Shown here: positions 41,242 through 53,245 of the stretch, piece by piece | Numbering within the stretch: position 1 is the stretch's first letter | How the letters are laid out: every line of letters begins with the position of its first letter | Source: Eledone cirrhosa | Lineage: Eukaryota | DNA length: 64,000 nt | Direction: 5' to 3' | Assembly: GCA_964016885.1 (NCBI GenBank) | Contig: OZ024744.1 | Coordinates: 96,100,001 to 96,164,000, forward strand | Notes under the pieces: generated by a model | Databases searched by the model: none | The model's input: only the letters and a program-made list of their open reading frames with translations | What the model was told of the DNA's origin: nothing | Translations under genes and position numbers: made by a program

Positions 41242-42425
41242 TCAATAGTCAAACACTTCAGCTAATACACCACTCACCACTGGACAGGTATACAGGTATT
41301 TCATATTTATTGACTGACTCCGAAAGGTTTGAAAGGTAAAATTTAACTTCGGAAGGATTTGAAATCAGAGAGCGCAGAAAGACCAAAAGAAATACCACAA
41401 GGCATTCTTCAATACCACGCTCCAACAACTTTTCTAATTCACCAGCATTACTCTTAGGCATCAGAATTACCCCAGGCAATATTTTAACCCCCTAAAATAC
41501 ACTCTTTTAACAAACTTTAAACCCCCCAAAAACACTCTTTTAACAAACTTTTAACCCTTAAAAAAGTCTTTTAACAAACTTATAACCCCTAAAAAATCTT
41601 TTAACAAATTTTTAACCCATAAAAAAATCTTGTAACAAACTGTTAACCCATAAAAAATTTTTTAACAACTTTTAACCCCTAAAAAAAATCTTTTAACAAA
41701 CTAAAAAAAACAAAAAAACAAAACAAAACAAACAAAAGATCCCTCCCAAAACTACACAAAAAAAATCAAACAAAAGAAACAAACCAAAACAAAAGAAAAC
41801 GGTAAAGAAACCCGGGATGGTTATAACTTGGACGCTTTTGATCATAAGTCTTCTCGTCCATAGGCGACCTGGGGCTAAACAATAATAACATTGACATGAT
41901 TAATAGCAGAGAGCCTTGCCATTGATCCCATTTCTATTGATGATCAACTTGTGTCAATCAAAGAGTGTTTATCAAACCATCGACCTGGATACCTTCGTTT
42001 ATGGACTTAATATTATGCGGGGACGGTGGATTGGCAGAGTCGGTAGAACGTCGGACAACATGCTTTGTGGCATAGAGTTACCTCCCTTTATGTTCTGAGT
42101 TCAAATCCCACCGAGGTTAACTTTACCTCTCATCCTTACGTGGGTCGATAAAATAAAGTACCAGTAATGCACTGGTGTCATTTAATCGACTTCCCCTCTC
42201 CCCTTCAAATTGTTGGCCTTGTGTCTATAGTGGAAACAGGTGGATTGGCAGTATCGGTAGAGGGTCGGACACTATGCTTTCCAGCATAGTTACGTCCCTT
42301 TACGGAGTGAGTTCAAATCCTGCCAAGGTTAACTTTGCCTTTCATCCTTACAGGGTTGATAAAATAAAGTACCAGTAATGTACTGGTTATTTGCTGGCCT
42401 TGTGCCTAAAGTAGAAACAATTATT
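41242..42425. repeat. Cassette copy 5, ending in a different full SINE copy (42239-42425)
   Basis: Matches the other cassettes to ~42238, then continues tggattggcagtatcggtagagggtcggac...agtagaaacaattatt. Confidence 0.9.
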
Positions 42426-42439
42426 GTGTGCATTGGTAG

Positions 42440-44612
42440 AATATGTAGGGTACGAGAAGGGTGGTGGGGTGGTAGTATAGGTAGGGTGTTGGAAGGGTGG
42501 GGGAAGAGCTGTGGGGTGGTAGTATAGGTAGGGTATGGGAGTGGGTGGGGTGGTAGTATAGGTAAGGTGGGGGAAGGGAGGTGGGGTGGTAGTATAGGTA
42601 GGGTGTGGGAAGGGTGGTGGGTTTGTAGTATAGGTAGGGTATGGGAAGGGAGGTGGGGTGGTAGTATAGGTAGGGTGTGGGAAGGGAGGTGGGGTGGTAG
42701 TATAGGTAGGGTATGGGAAGGGTGGTGGGTGATGTAGTATAGGTAAGGTGGGGGAAGAGTGGTGGGGTGGTAGTATAGGTAGGGTAAGGGAAGAGTGGTG
42801 GGGTGGTAGTATAGGTAGGGTATGGGAAGGGAGGTGGGGTTGTAGTATAGGTAGGGTATGGGAAGGGAGGTGGGGTGGTAGTATAGGTAGGGTGTGGGAA
42901 GGGAGGTGTGGTGGTAGTATAGGTAGGGTGTTGGAAGGATGGTGGGGTGGTAGTATAGGTAGGGTGTGGGAAGAGTGGTGCGGTGGTAGTATAGGTAGGG
43001 TGTGAGACGGATGGTGGGGTGGTAGTATTGGTAGGGTGTGGGAAGGGTGGTGAGGTGGTAGTATAGGTAGGGTGTGAGACGGGTGGTGGGGTGGTAGTAT
43101 AGGTAGGGTGTGGTAAGAGTGGTGGGGTGGTAGTATAGGTAGGGTGGGGAAGAGTGGTGGGGTGGTAGTATAGGTAGGGTGTGGTAAGAGTGGTGGGGTG
43201 GTAGTATAGGTAGGGTGGGGGAAGAGTGGTGGGGTGGTAGTATAGGTAGGGTATGGGAAGGGAGGTGGGGTGGTAGTATAGGTAGGGTGTGAGACGGGTG
43301 GTGGGGTGGTAGTATAGGTAGGGTGTGGTAAGAGTGGTGGGGTGGTAGTATAGGTAGGGTGTGGTAAGAGTGGTGGGGTGGTAGTATAGGTAGGGTGTGG
43401 TAAGAGTGGTGGGGTGGTAGTATAGATAGGGTGGGGGAAGAGCTGTGGGGTGGTAGTATAGGTAGGGTATGGGAGGGGGTGGGGTGGTAGTATAAGTAGG
43501 GTGTGGGAAGGGTGGTGGGGTGGTAGTATAGGTAGGGTGTGGGAAGAGTGGTGGGTTGGTAGTATAGGTAGGGTGGTGTAAGAGTGGTGGGGTGTTAGTA
43601 TAGGTAGGGTGTGGGAAGGGAGGTGGGGTGGTAGTATAGGTAGGGTGTGGGAAGGGAGGTGGGGTGGTAGTATAGGTAGGGTGTGGGAAGGGTGGTGGGT
43701 GTTGTAGTATAGGTAAGGTGGGGGAAGGGTGGTGGGGTGGTAGTATAGGTAGTGTATGGGAAGGGAGGTGGGGTGGTAGTATAGGTAGGGTAAGGGAAGG
43801 GTGGTGGGGTGGTAGTATAGGTAGGGTGTGGGAAGGGTGGTGGGGTGGTAGTATAGGTAGGGTAAGGGAAGGGTGGTGGGGTGGTAGTATAGGTAGGGTA
43901 AGGGAAGGGTGGTGGGGTGGTAGTATAGGTAGGGTATGGGAAGGGAGGTGGGGTGGTAGTATAGGTAGGGTAAGGGAAGGGTGGTGGGGTGGTAGTATAG
44001 GTAGTGTATGGGAAGGGAGGTGGGGTGGTAGTATAGGTAGGGTAAGGGAAGGGTGGTGGGGTGGTAGTATAGGTAGGGTGTGGGAAGGGTGGTGGGGTGG
44101 TAGTATAGGTAGGGTGTGGGAAGAGTGGTGGGTTGGTAGTATAGGTAGGGTGGGGTAAGGGTGGTGGGGTGTTAGTATAGGTAGGGTGTGGGAAGGGAGG
44201 TGGGTTGGTAGTATAGGTAGGGTGTGGTAAGAGTGGTTGGATGGTAGTATAGGTAGGGTGTGGGAAGGGTGGTGGGGTTGTAGTATAGGTAAGGTGGGGG
44301 AAGAGTGGTGGGGTGGTAGTATAGGTAAGGTGGGGAAGAGTGGTGGGGTGGTAGTATAGGTAGGGTGTCAGAAGGTGGTGGGGTGGTAGTATAGGTAGGG
44401 TGTGAGAAGGGTTGTGTGGTGGTAGTATAGGTAGGGTATGAGGAGGGTGGTGGGGTGGTAGTATAGGCAGGATATGAGAAGGGTGGTGGGGTGGTAGTAT
44501 AGGTAGGGTATGAGAAGGGTGGTGGTAGTATAGGTAGGGTATGAGAAGGGTGGTGGTAGTATAGGTAGGGTATGAGAAGGGTGGTTGGGTGGTAGTATTG
44601 GTAAGGTGTGGG
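42440..44612 (+). repeat. 36-bp G-rich minisatellite (GGGTGGTGGGGTGGTAGTATAGGTAGGGTGTGGGAA)
   Basis: 12-codon periodicity in the ORF track (GRVWEGWWGGSI); roughly 60 units. Confidence 0.95.
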
Positions 44613-44989
44613 AATATATTATATATTTTTAGAACAAATTATTCCTCACAACAAAGAAATAACTAACATTTTAAGATTGTTCTATTCCATTCTACTTGAT
44701 GTAACACACTAATCTCAGTCCCCCTTCTCCTCCAACCGTAACCTTCTTTGATCTTCAATACTTTTATATACAATATGCCTAAACTCATTTACACTAACAA
44801 CTCTCATTTCTTTTCTTAAAAGACATTTGATACCTTATCCAGTGATGGTTCTATTTATTCATCTACTACCACCAACCTTAAGGATTTATACTGCCCCTTT
44901 CCATTCTTAACAATGGTCAATTTCAACCTGGTTATAAAACCTTACTTATTCATATGTATGTTTTTTTGTATTCTTCAATAAACAAAACT

Positions 44990-45127
44990 CATTATTTCTG
45001 AAGACAGCGGGTAATGAAGACGTATGTATTTTTTTCTTACTATGATATTTTGTAATATGTTTTACATAGATCAATAATTGAATGGACATACAGGGAACTA
45101 CCCCCCAGAAACGATCGTAAAATAATG
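44990..45127 (+). ncRNA. Type I hammerhead ribozyme with long, partly decayed stem II insertion
   Basis: cattattt CTGAAGA (44998-45004) ...~100 nt... GAAA (45108-45111) cgatcg TA aaataatg. Stem I is 8 bp, stem III is palindromic (ACGATCGT), cleavage triplet GUA; stem II gggta/taccc remains but its base is mismatched. Confidence 0.65.
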
Positions 45128-45172
45128 TGTTTTACTATGAATTAACAGTTTTGTGTTTAATTTCATTGTTTT

Positions 45173-45520
<348 letters not shown>

Positions 45521-45844
45521 GTTTACATGTCTTCTGTAATCAGTAAAGTAATCCATGATACATTTTAAAAAGACGATATTATATATAATCTCCATTACGG
45601 CAAAATTTTATGAAAACGAAAAAGGAGAAAATAAACGTTATATAACAATGAAAATATATGAACGTTTATATAAGCGATATATAATATAGCGTCCGTTATA
45701 TCATAACCGGAAGTATTGACATTTGAAAATGTTAAAAGAAGTGAATCTTAAAATAAGCAATCATTATATATAAGAGGAATATTTATGTTTAATCAACAGC
45801 TACGAAATTTAGTACATAAATTATGTAATATTCATTCATTATTT

Positions 45845-46485
45845 ATTCAAAGTTAACTTTGCCTTTCTTCCTTACGGGGTCGATAAAATAAAGTACCAGT
45901 AATGTACTGGGTAATTGCTGGCCTTGTGCCAAAAGTAGAAACAATTATTTATTCAAAGTAAAAGGGGGGTAAATTGGCAGTATCGGTAGAGGGTTGGACG
46001 CCATGCTTTCTAGCATAGTTACGTCCCTTTACGGTCTGAGTTCAAATCCCGCCGAGGTTAACTTTGCCTTTCATCCTTACGGGGTCGATAAAATAAAGTA
46101 CCAGTAATGTACTGGGTAATTACTAGCCTCGTGCCTAAAGTAGAAACAATTATTTATTCAAAGTTAACTTTGCCTTTCATCCTTACGGGGTCGATAAAAT
46201 AAAGTACCAGTAATGTACAGGGTAATTGCTGGCCTTGTGCCTAAAGTAGAAACAATTATATATTCAAAGTAAAAGGGGGGTGAATTGGCAGTATCGGTAG
46301 AGGGTTGGACGCCATGCTTTCTAGCATAGTTACGTCCCTTTACGGTCTGAGTTCAAATCCCGCCGAGGTTAACTTTGCCTTTCATCCTTACGGGGTCGAT
46401 AAAATAAAGTACCAGTAATGAACTGGGTAATGAACTGGGTAATTGCTAGCCTCGTGCCTAAAGTAGAAACAATTATATATTCAAA
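45845..46485 (+). mobile_element. Tandem SINE cluster: two ~311-bp units, each a 5'-truncated SINE plus a full SINE
   Basis: attcaaagttaactttgcc at 45845 and 46156; A box ttggcagtatcggtag, B box gagttcaaatccc. Confidence 0.85.
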
Positions 46486-46729
46486 TTTATCCAACTTATT
46501 TTACTAACGGGATAAAAATATATATTCAGTACACAGTCCTGCAAACCTCCCTTTATTATATTATGATTGGTAGAGTCGTTAGAGCGTCGGACAAAATGCT
46601 AAGCATTATTTTATCATGCCCTTTCTCACATAAGCAGCAATCTGTACACAGTAGAACCCATTACACCATTCTTCTGACGTCATGCATTTCTATTTCATTG
46701 AACATGGCTTAACAACTCACTTCATATGT

Positions 46730-46775
46730 ATGTTTGTATGTGTGTGTGTGTGTAGGAGGGAGAGAGGGAGAAAGG

Positions 46776-46815
<40 letters not shown>

Positions 46816-47005
46816 GTGAGAGAGAGGGTTAGAAAGAAAAAAAGAGAGTGTGAGAAAGAAAGAAAGCGAGAGGGAGAGAGAAAGAGGGAGAGAGGGAGAG
46901 TGGGAGAGAGAAGGGGAGAGAGTGAGAGAGCAAGAAAAAAGAGAGAGTAGAAAGAAAACGAGCGAGCGAGCGAGAGAGAGATAGATAGATAGATAGATAG
47001 ATAGA
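46730..47005. repeat. (GT)n/(GA)n/(GATA)n microsatellite, left flank of the LINE
   Basis: Directly visible; GATA tract at ~46980-47005. Confidence 0.95.
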
Positions 47006-47220
47006 TTTCTATATTTACCATAAAGGCATAAAAAGAAGGGACAAATACAAAGGGGGAGTTTACATATAATCGAGTAAAAAGGGTGTAACATGAAAATAAT
47101 CGAAAATAACCTCAAAAGGGAGGGGACGTGATGGGGGTTGCACACACCCCCGAAAAGGTGTGCAATCCTTTGCCTGGGGAGCACATGGAGAAGGTGCTCC
47201 CCTCTCCTTTACTTCTTTAC

Positions 47221-50200
47221 CTACAGGATGGTATACAGAGAAGGCCCATTTACACGAGCCATTCTCGCCACTATCACCCACCTTTCATAAAACTGCCTGT
47301 GGCCAAGCACCTCTCTCTCCATTCTTATCCTTCTTCCGAAGTGATATCGGAAGAAGTAGACCAGACTATGGCCAGAGAGGAAGTTGCCTGACCTCAGACC
47401 TTTCAATCGTATCCACCAAACAACCTCTTTCAACATGGCTATTACGCACAGAAAAACCGCCTTTGCTTCCTTTGTGAAGAGGGGAGGCGGTTTGATTGTC
47501 ATCACGGACTCGGCGGTCAATTTAATCGGCGCCACCCGCGACAGCAGTTGTTCGGCGTAGCCCCACAGATCAGCCACGCCCGGACATTGCACCAATGCGT
47601 GCGCAACGGTTTCTTCGTGACGCACGCATCTAGGGCAAATCTTTTTTGAGGGATCCCTGCCCGGGCGCCCGTGTCTGTAGAGCCTCTCTCGAACGGGTAG
47701 AGCCCCCCGGTAGCACTGCCAGGCCAGTGACTTCTGGAAGTTGTCCATTGGTCCTGGGCCGAAAGTCCTACCGAACAGGCTGGCCAGTTCGTCTTCTTCC
47801 ATGTCCAGCGACTCTCCAAGGGTGTCATCGCCCCTGCTAGCCACCAGCCCTCTATAGAATGATGAGGTGGATTCTCCACCGATGGCCTGGCCCGCTTGCC
47901 AGAGAGCCCTGAGCGCCTGAGCACACTCAGTGTGCCAGTCTCCCAGTTTTCCGGATCTTTGCTTGACCCAGGACTGTAGCTCGGTGAGCGATACGAGTCT
48001 CGGAAAGGCTCGTTTCACGAACGGAGCCCACACCGGTTGACCAGTGAGGAATACCTGTAGGTGCCGTAGCCTTAATGCGTGCCTACGCATCATCAACCAC
48101 GGCATCCCCAGCCCTCCTTTCGAAGGTTGTTGGCAGCAGATGGATCTTCTCACCATAGGAGGGCGCTTCTTCCAAAGAAATTGGAAGAGCATGCGTTCCA
48201 TGGTGGTGAGTGTTTCCTTAGGGCAAAGCACGACAGTCAGGCGGTAGTAAGTGACGGACGCTATGTAAATGTTCGCCACCTCCGCCCGGCCTTTTAGGGA
48301 CAGCTTACACTTGGCCCATTTCTGGGTTAGTGCAAACACCTTGTTCGTAACCTCGTTCCAGTTCTTTTCCACCTGGAGGTCCGGTCCAAACCAGACCCCA
48401 AGCAACTTTACCGGGCCCTCCGTCCAGTGTCCGACGACACCGTCAGGAGGCATCGGTCTGCCTCTCCACGTTCCGAGTTGCAGCCCGATGGATTTTTCCC
48501 GGTTCAGTTTCGCTCCTGAAAACCTTTCGTACTCCTCCAGTAAGGTACCGATCGCCTCGATCTCCGAGTCGGTCGATACCATTACTGTTACGTCATCGGC
48601 GTAGGCCGACACCGCTTTGCTCAATCCTGGTTCCAGGGGGATACCCTGCAACAACTCCAACTTCCTCAGTAAAGGCTCGAGAGTCAATACGTACAGAAGG
48701 GAGGAGAGAGGGCACCCCTGTCGAATGGATCGTGTGATTTCGAACGGCTTCGAAAGGTAGCCGTTCACCTTGATCCTAGAACAGATGTGGTTGCTATGTA
48801 AGGCAGTTATCCAGCCTCTGAAAACAGGACCGAACCCAGCCGCCGCTAGCACCGCATCCAGGTAACCATGGTCGACCCTATCGAAGGCCTTAGACTGATC
48901 CAAGTTGATCAGGGCCCCACCGAAGCCGGGTTTGTTGCCAACCCTCTCTATGATGTATCGCATGAGGTGGAGGTTATCGTGAATGGACCTGGATGGGATA
49001 GCACATGTCTGCGCATCTCCCACCAGGCCACCCACGACAAGCGCCAACCTCTTTGCTAACACCTTGGCCAAAATCTTTAACTCTGTGTTTAGCAGGGTTA
49101 TGGGCCGAAAATTATTTATACTATCCCCCTTGTTCTCGTCCTTCCTCACCAGCGTGACTACGCCCTTGGCTACAGAACAAGGAATTCTCCCGTTCTGCTG
49201 CCAATTGCAGTAGACCGCTTCGAGGAGTTCGGAGAAGAAGACCGGCATTGCTAAATAAAGTTCGTAAGGTATACCATCGAGACCTGGAGATTTGCGTCTG
49301 CTGCATTGGCTCAGCGCATCTCCGATCTCATCAGCCGAGATTGGTCCCTCGCAGGACTCTGCTTCTTCGCTCGAGAGACGCGGCAGGCCGTCGAGGTATG
49401 GACCGAAATCCACGCCCCCGCCCGGACCCTCGCCTCCCCCGAACAATCGGGCAAAGTGCCTTTGAAAGGCCTCGCACATCTGCTTAGGCTCCCGGATCAC
49501 CCGTCCATCTTCGTCTTGCAACGACCGGATGGTGGATCGATTTCCACTCTTAGCTTCTGTCACGCGGGCCCAGCCAACGGCTTTGGCCCCCTCATTACCT
49601 AGAGCACATATTTTACTTCGAATGACGCAGCCTTCGTGCTTTGCATCGAAAAACTGGTTCAAGGCCGTCCTCGATGCCAGCACTCTGGCCACATCTTCGC
49701 TCTTGATTGCCTCTTCTAATTTACCTATTAATTCTTTCTCGTTTCTATTCCTATCGGCAGCTAACATCTTGCTATAACTTATTGATTCTGTTCTAATCTC
49801 TCTTTTGAGAGATGCCCACCATCGGTTGTTGACGATTGCACCCGTCAACCTCTCCTTAACTAATCTGCTAATCCGGTTTCTGTAAGTCTCTTTTGCCGGT
49901 AAAGACAAATTAAGTTTCCAGTAACCGGGACCCTGTCTATGTGTTTTCTCGAGATTGACCACGCAGGTCACTAATTTGTGATCCGTGTAGCCAACCGTGC
50001 GCATTTCTGGACAGCTTAATATGTCCCTATCCTTACTTCTAACTAAGAATCTATCTAAGTACGATCTAAATTGACCACTGTGGTTTCTCCAAGTCCAGGT
50101 AGGCACAGTTGGAAAATCTAGTCGATATCTATCGACCAAGTTAAAACGGTCGAGTAACCCCTTGAGGCTGTTACACCCCCCTCTATTAGGACATGCTCCT

Positions 50201-50658
50201 GCATAGTCCCAACGTGCATCTAGGATGTCATTCCAATCCCCCGCTAGAAGCAGGGAACGCGACGTTCCCAGAAAAGTCTCCAAACGCTGGAAGAAGTCGG
50301 GCCGTTCAGCTCCGAAAGGGGAGTAGACGGCGACCAGTCTCAAGGCCGCACTTTCACTACTGCCAACGTCTAGCACCAACAAACGACCCTCCGGGTCCGA
50401 GTGCACAACCTGTACGGCAAGACCCAGGTGTTTTTGCAGCAGTACGACAACCCCACCCCCACCTCCAGGTTGACAGAGAGATGCATGCACCTCAAAGTCA
50501 TCGAAGGTGGGGGCCAGCTGCCGCACGACGCTTATTCGAGTCTCACAGATAACCATTACATTTATACTACATGACCTGAGGTCATTTAGAAGCTTTGCTT
50601 GCTTCCAAGTTGAGCCCAGGCCACGTGCATTCAAACATCCTACTCTTAACACATCCAT
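47221..50658 (-). CDS. LINE ORF2p: APE endonuclease, reverse transcriptase and C-terminal Cys/His motif (1145 aa, open)
   Basis: APE motifs LNARGL, CETR, AVYSP, AGDWN, YLDRF, TDHK; RT motifs SPGLDG, FRPITLLN, DQSKAFDRV, QGCPLS, YADD; GGLG; CPRC..ETVAHALVQC. Confidence 0.95.
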   Translation of the reverse strand: MDVLRVGCLNARGLGSTWKQAKLLNDLRSCSINVMVICETRISVVRQLAPTFDDFEVHASLCQPGGGGGVVVLLQKHLGLAVQVVHSDPEGRLLVLDVGSSESAALRLVAVYSPFGAERPDFFQRLETFLGTSRSLLLAGDWNDILDARWDYAGACPNRGGCNSLKGLLDRFNLVDRYRLDFPTVPTWTWRNHSGQFRSYLDRFLVRSKDRDILSCPEMRTVGYTDHKLVTCVVNLEKTHRQGPGYWKLNLSLPAKETYRNRISRLVKERLTGAIVNNRWWASLKREIRTESISYSKMLAADRNRNEKELIGKLEEAIKSEDVARVLASRTALNQFFDAKHEGCVIRSKICALGNEGAKAVGWARVTEAKSGNRSTIRSLQDEDGRVIREPKQMCEAFQRHFARLFGGGEGPGGGVDFGPYLDGLPRLSSEEAESCEGPISADEIGDALSQCSRRKSPGLDGIPYELYLAMPVFFSELLEAVYCNWQQNGRIPCSVAKGVVTLVRKDENKGDSINNFRPITLLNTELKILAKVLAKRLALVVGGLVGDAQTCAIPSRSIHDNLHLMRYIIERVGNKPGFGGALINLDQSKAFDRVDHGYLDAVLAAAGFGPVFRGWITALHSNHICSRIKVNGYLSKPFEITRSIRQGCPLSSLLYVLTLEPLLRKLELLQGIPLEPGLSKAVSAYADDVTVMVSTDSEIEAIGTLLEEYERFSGAKLNREKSIGLQLGTWRGRPMPPDGVVGHWTEGPVKLLGVWFGPDLQVEKNWNEVTNKVFALTQKWAKCKLSLKGRAEVANIYIASVTYYRLTVVLCPKETLTTMERMLFQFLWKKRPPMVRRSICCQQPSKGGLGMPWLMMRRHALRLRHLQVFLTGQPVWAPFVKRAFPRLVSLTELQSWVKQRSGKLGDWHTECAQALRALWQAGQAIGGESTSSFYRGLVASRGDDTLGESLDMEEDELASLFGRTFGPGPMDNFQKSLAWQCYRGALPVRERLYRHGRPGRDPSKKICPRCVRHEETVAHALVQCPGVADLWGYAEQLLSRVAPIKLTAESVMTIKPPPLFTKEAKAVFLCVIAMLKEVVWWIRLKGLRSGNFLSGHSLVYFFRYHFGRRIRMEREVLGHRQFYERWVIVARMARVNGPSLYTIL

Positions 50659-50691
50659 GTGGGCGGCAGAGCCAAAGGAGAGTGTAGAGAC

Positions 50692-52588
50692 CTACCTTTC
50701 CGCTTCCCGGGGTTCGGGTTGCACGACTTCCATGGGGTCGGGGGTGTTGGGTGAAGGGGTGTCTTGTGGTGGTGTGGGGTCGTCAGTGTGTGGTGGGGTT
50801 GGGGTGTTTGGAGTTGTGTTGGGGAGGGGAAGGGGAGGGGGAAAGCTTTTTAGTAGGACGCGGTTTATGGGTTTGACAGAGGGTGGTCCTACGTCCTCCT
50901 TAAAATCCTTTTTTAGTTTTTGATAGAGGTTCATTGGGATCTTTATTAATTTTAAATGTGGGTAGTTTTCTGACGAAACAAAGTTTACACCTTCGGTTTG
51001 TACCGAAGGATTATTGTATATGAGTTCATTTAATTTATTATTGTTTCTGTTGATGTAAGTATAGTGTAATGTCTTTTTTCGGATGGTGTGAGTGTTTCGA
51101 AGAGGGGAGGGGCAGGTTTGATTTTGTTTGTTGCTGGAGGGGTGTTTTCTGTTTTGTTGGATTGTGTTGAGATTTGGGTGGGGGTTGTTTGGCCTTGTGT
51201 GTTTTGCACATGTTTTCTTTTTTCCCTTTTAATCTGTCTGAAGGACTCCGTTTCTTCCTCCGAATTCGTTGGGTTATCTTCAGTGTTGGAGGGAAGAGGT
51301 ATGTTTGCTGGTAATGTTTCCGTGTTGGTTTTCTTTGTGGGGGAGATGGATGTCACTATGTTAGATTGTGTTGTGTGTTGTGTCTGCGGTGGTTGTGTTG
51401 TTTTATTGAGTGAGAGGTAGGGTGGGCCTGTATTTTGTTTTGGGGTAATGTGTTGTGACTGTTTGTGTTGTGGTGGTGTTGTGGTTTTACTGAGGGACGG
51501 GTTGGGTGGGACTGAGTTTTGTTGTTTGTTTATCTGTTGTGGTGGTGGTGGAGTTGGTGTTGGTAGCAGGGTTTTCTTTTTGTTGAGTTGGGGGACAAGC
51601 GGCCTTCAGGTGCCCTCTGCCTGCACAGATATGGCAGGACGGCCTTCTCCCCTCCACGCTAATGTTTATATACCCGTGGTCCTCTAATAGGATTCTGTCG
51701 GGTATTTGGGCGATGCGTTCAGGCTTCATTTGCACTACCAGCTCTATACCTGTTCCACTGAACGCATTGCCTGTGGTTTTCCCAATGGAAATCACGTTGT
51801 CATTCACTGGATCGATGAAGCCAGCTATGAGCCAGCAGTAGTCCACATCTGGCATCATTGCATCCAGCCATATGCGTTGAGTTCTTTTCCCCATATAAGA
51901 TGGATAAAAGGTAACATTTTTCGAACGAATCGGTGACAAAGCACATTTTTTTGCCGCCGATTCGTTCTTCATGATAATTGCTAGGCTTCCATACAGTCTG
52001 TCTTTTCTTATGAAAGTGGTTTCATTAAGTACTTCTGTGAGTACTGTTTTGATATCTGCTTGAGAAGGCTGTTCAGGTTTTTTTGTACTGTTGTTGATGG
52101 TCCGAAACTTGACCGTTCGGCTTTCAATGTCTTTGGTGAATTCTTGAGGCATTTTTACCGATAAAATACCATTCTCTCCTTCACTTATGTATTGTTTGGC
52201 GTCTGTGATCCTTCGTGCCACATCTGAAATATTTTCCGCTATATAAGTCAAAGATTTCTTTGTTTTCTGTGCAAATGAAATCTTGTCGTCTGCTTTGCTT
52301 TCTGTTATGGTGTTATTTTCAAATGTTATTTTTGTGTTTGTTGTGTCTTTGTTTGTGTTATTAGTATTGTCATGCAATTTTTCAAATTTTTTTTTTTTCG
52401 TTGTTGGAATCCATGTCCAGATTTGTGTTTTCGTCATTTTTTTTCTCCGCAGATTCGTCTGTTTTAATTTTAATTTTTCCTTCCTTCTCTATGACGTTAG
52501 TTGGGAAGGAAGGGGGGACTAAAGCGTGCGAGCTTACAACTCTTACCGCTGTCCCCCCACCACTATTTTCGTTCGCTGCGTTTAACAT
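50692..52588 (-). pseudogene. LINE ORF1p (CCHC zinc knuckle, T/N/P-rich tail) split by about three frameshifts
   Basis: CHICAGRGHLKAACP in 51487-52437. ORF pieces 52382-52588, 51030-51356 and 50692-50934 join by frame changes near 52390, ~51500-51550 and ~51040. Confidence 0.75.
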
Positions 52589-52817
52589 TTCTGTTAGACG
52601 ATTGAAATTTTTTACACAAACTTTTTTAAAACAGGTTTTTCACCTCTAGGAGGGGTAAAGATGAGCTGACCCACCGCCTGACAGTTCAGACGGAGGGTCA
52701 AGCTACACAATTGTATCAAAATTAAGTTTGAACTCACAAAATTTCCTCAATAAATTTGAACAAAACTTCTGTGCGAAGTGAATGACATCCACACTGTAGA
52801 ACAGACGACAGCTAGGA

Positions 52818-52818
52818 T

Positions 52819-52896
<78 letters not shown>

Positions 52897-52914
52897 GAGA
52901 GAGAGTGAGAGAGA
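52818..52914. repeat. (GATA)n then (GA)n, right flank of the LINE
   Basis: Directly visible. Confidence 0.95.
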
Positions 52915-53010
52915 ATTAAAGCATCATCCTGCTAGAACCCATCAATATCTGTCAATAGTTTCATTAACTTCACTATTTTTATTTATTTTATTTATCTATA
53001 GCTTCCTTTG

Positions 53011-53245
53011 TGGAGGAGTGTGGCCTAGTGGTAAGGGTGTTGGATTTACAATCATAGTGTTCTTGAGCAAAACTCTTCATTTCACGTTGTTCCTCAGCTG
53101 AAAATGAGTACCAGTAATAGTTGGGGGGGGGGGGGTTAATCCTGTGATAGATTAGTGTCCAATCCAGGTAGTTGATAGACTTGTACTCTCAGTCGCTTCA
53201 CACCATAGAAATCAGGAATAAGCACCTGCCTGATGAACCTCCAAG
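53011..53245 (+). mobile_element. tRNA-derived SINE of a second family (CORE-like central motif), internally deleted
   Basis: A box tggcctagtggtaagg; gtgttcttgagcaaaactctt resembles the CORE-type motif. Confidence 0.6.

Larger units (their letters stand above)
47006..52817 (-). mobile_element. Near full-length Tx1/L1-clade non-LTR retrotransposon
   Basis: ORF1 with zinc knuckle plus APE-RT ORF2; both ends run directly into (GATA)n. Confidence 0.88.

Noticed and set aside
42748-44158. GRVWEGWWGGSI repeat protein
   Set aside because: Translation of the 36-bp minisatellite; frames are broken by indels and stops.
47517-50923. Short ORFs overlapping LINE ORF2
   Set aside because: Alternative-frame or antisense shadows of a GC-rich ORF.
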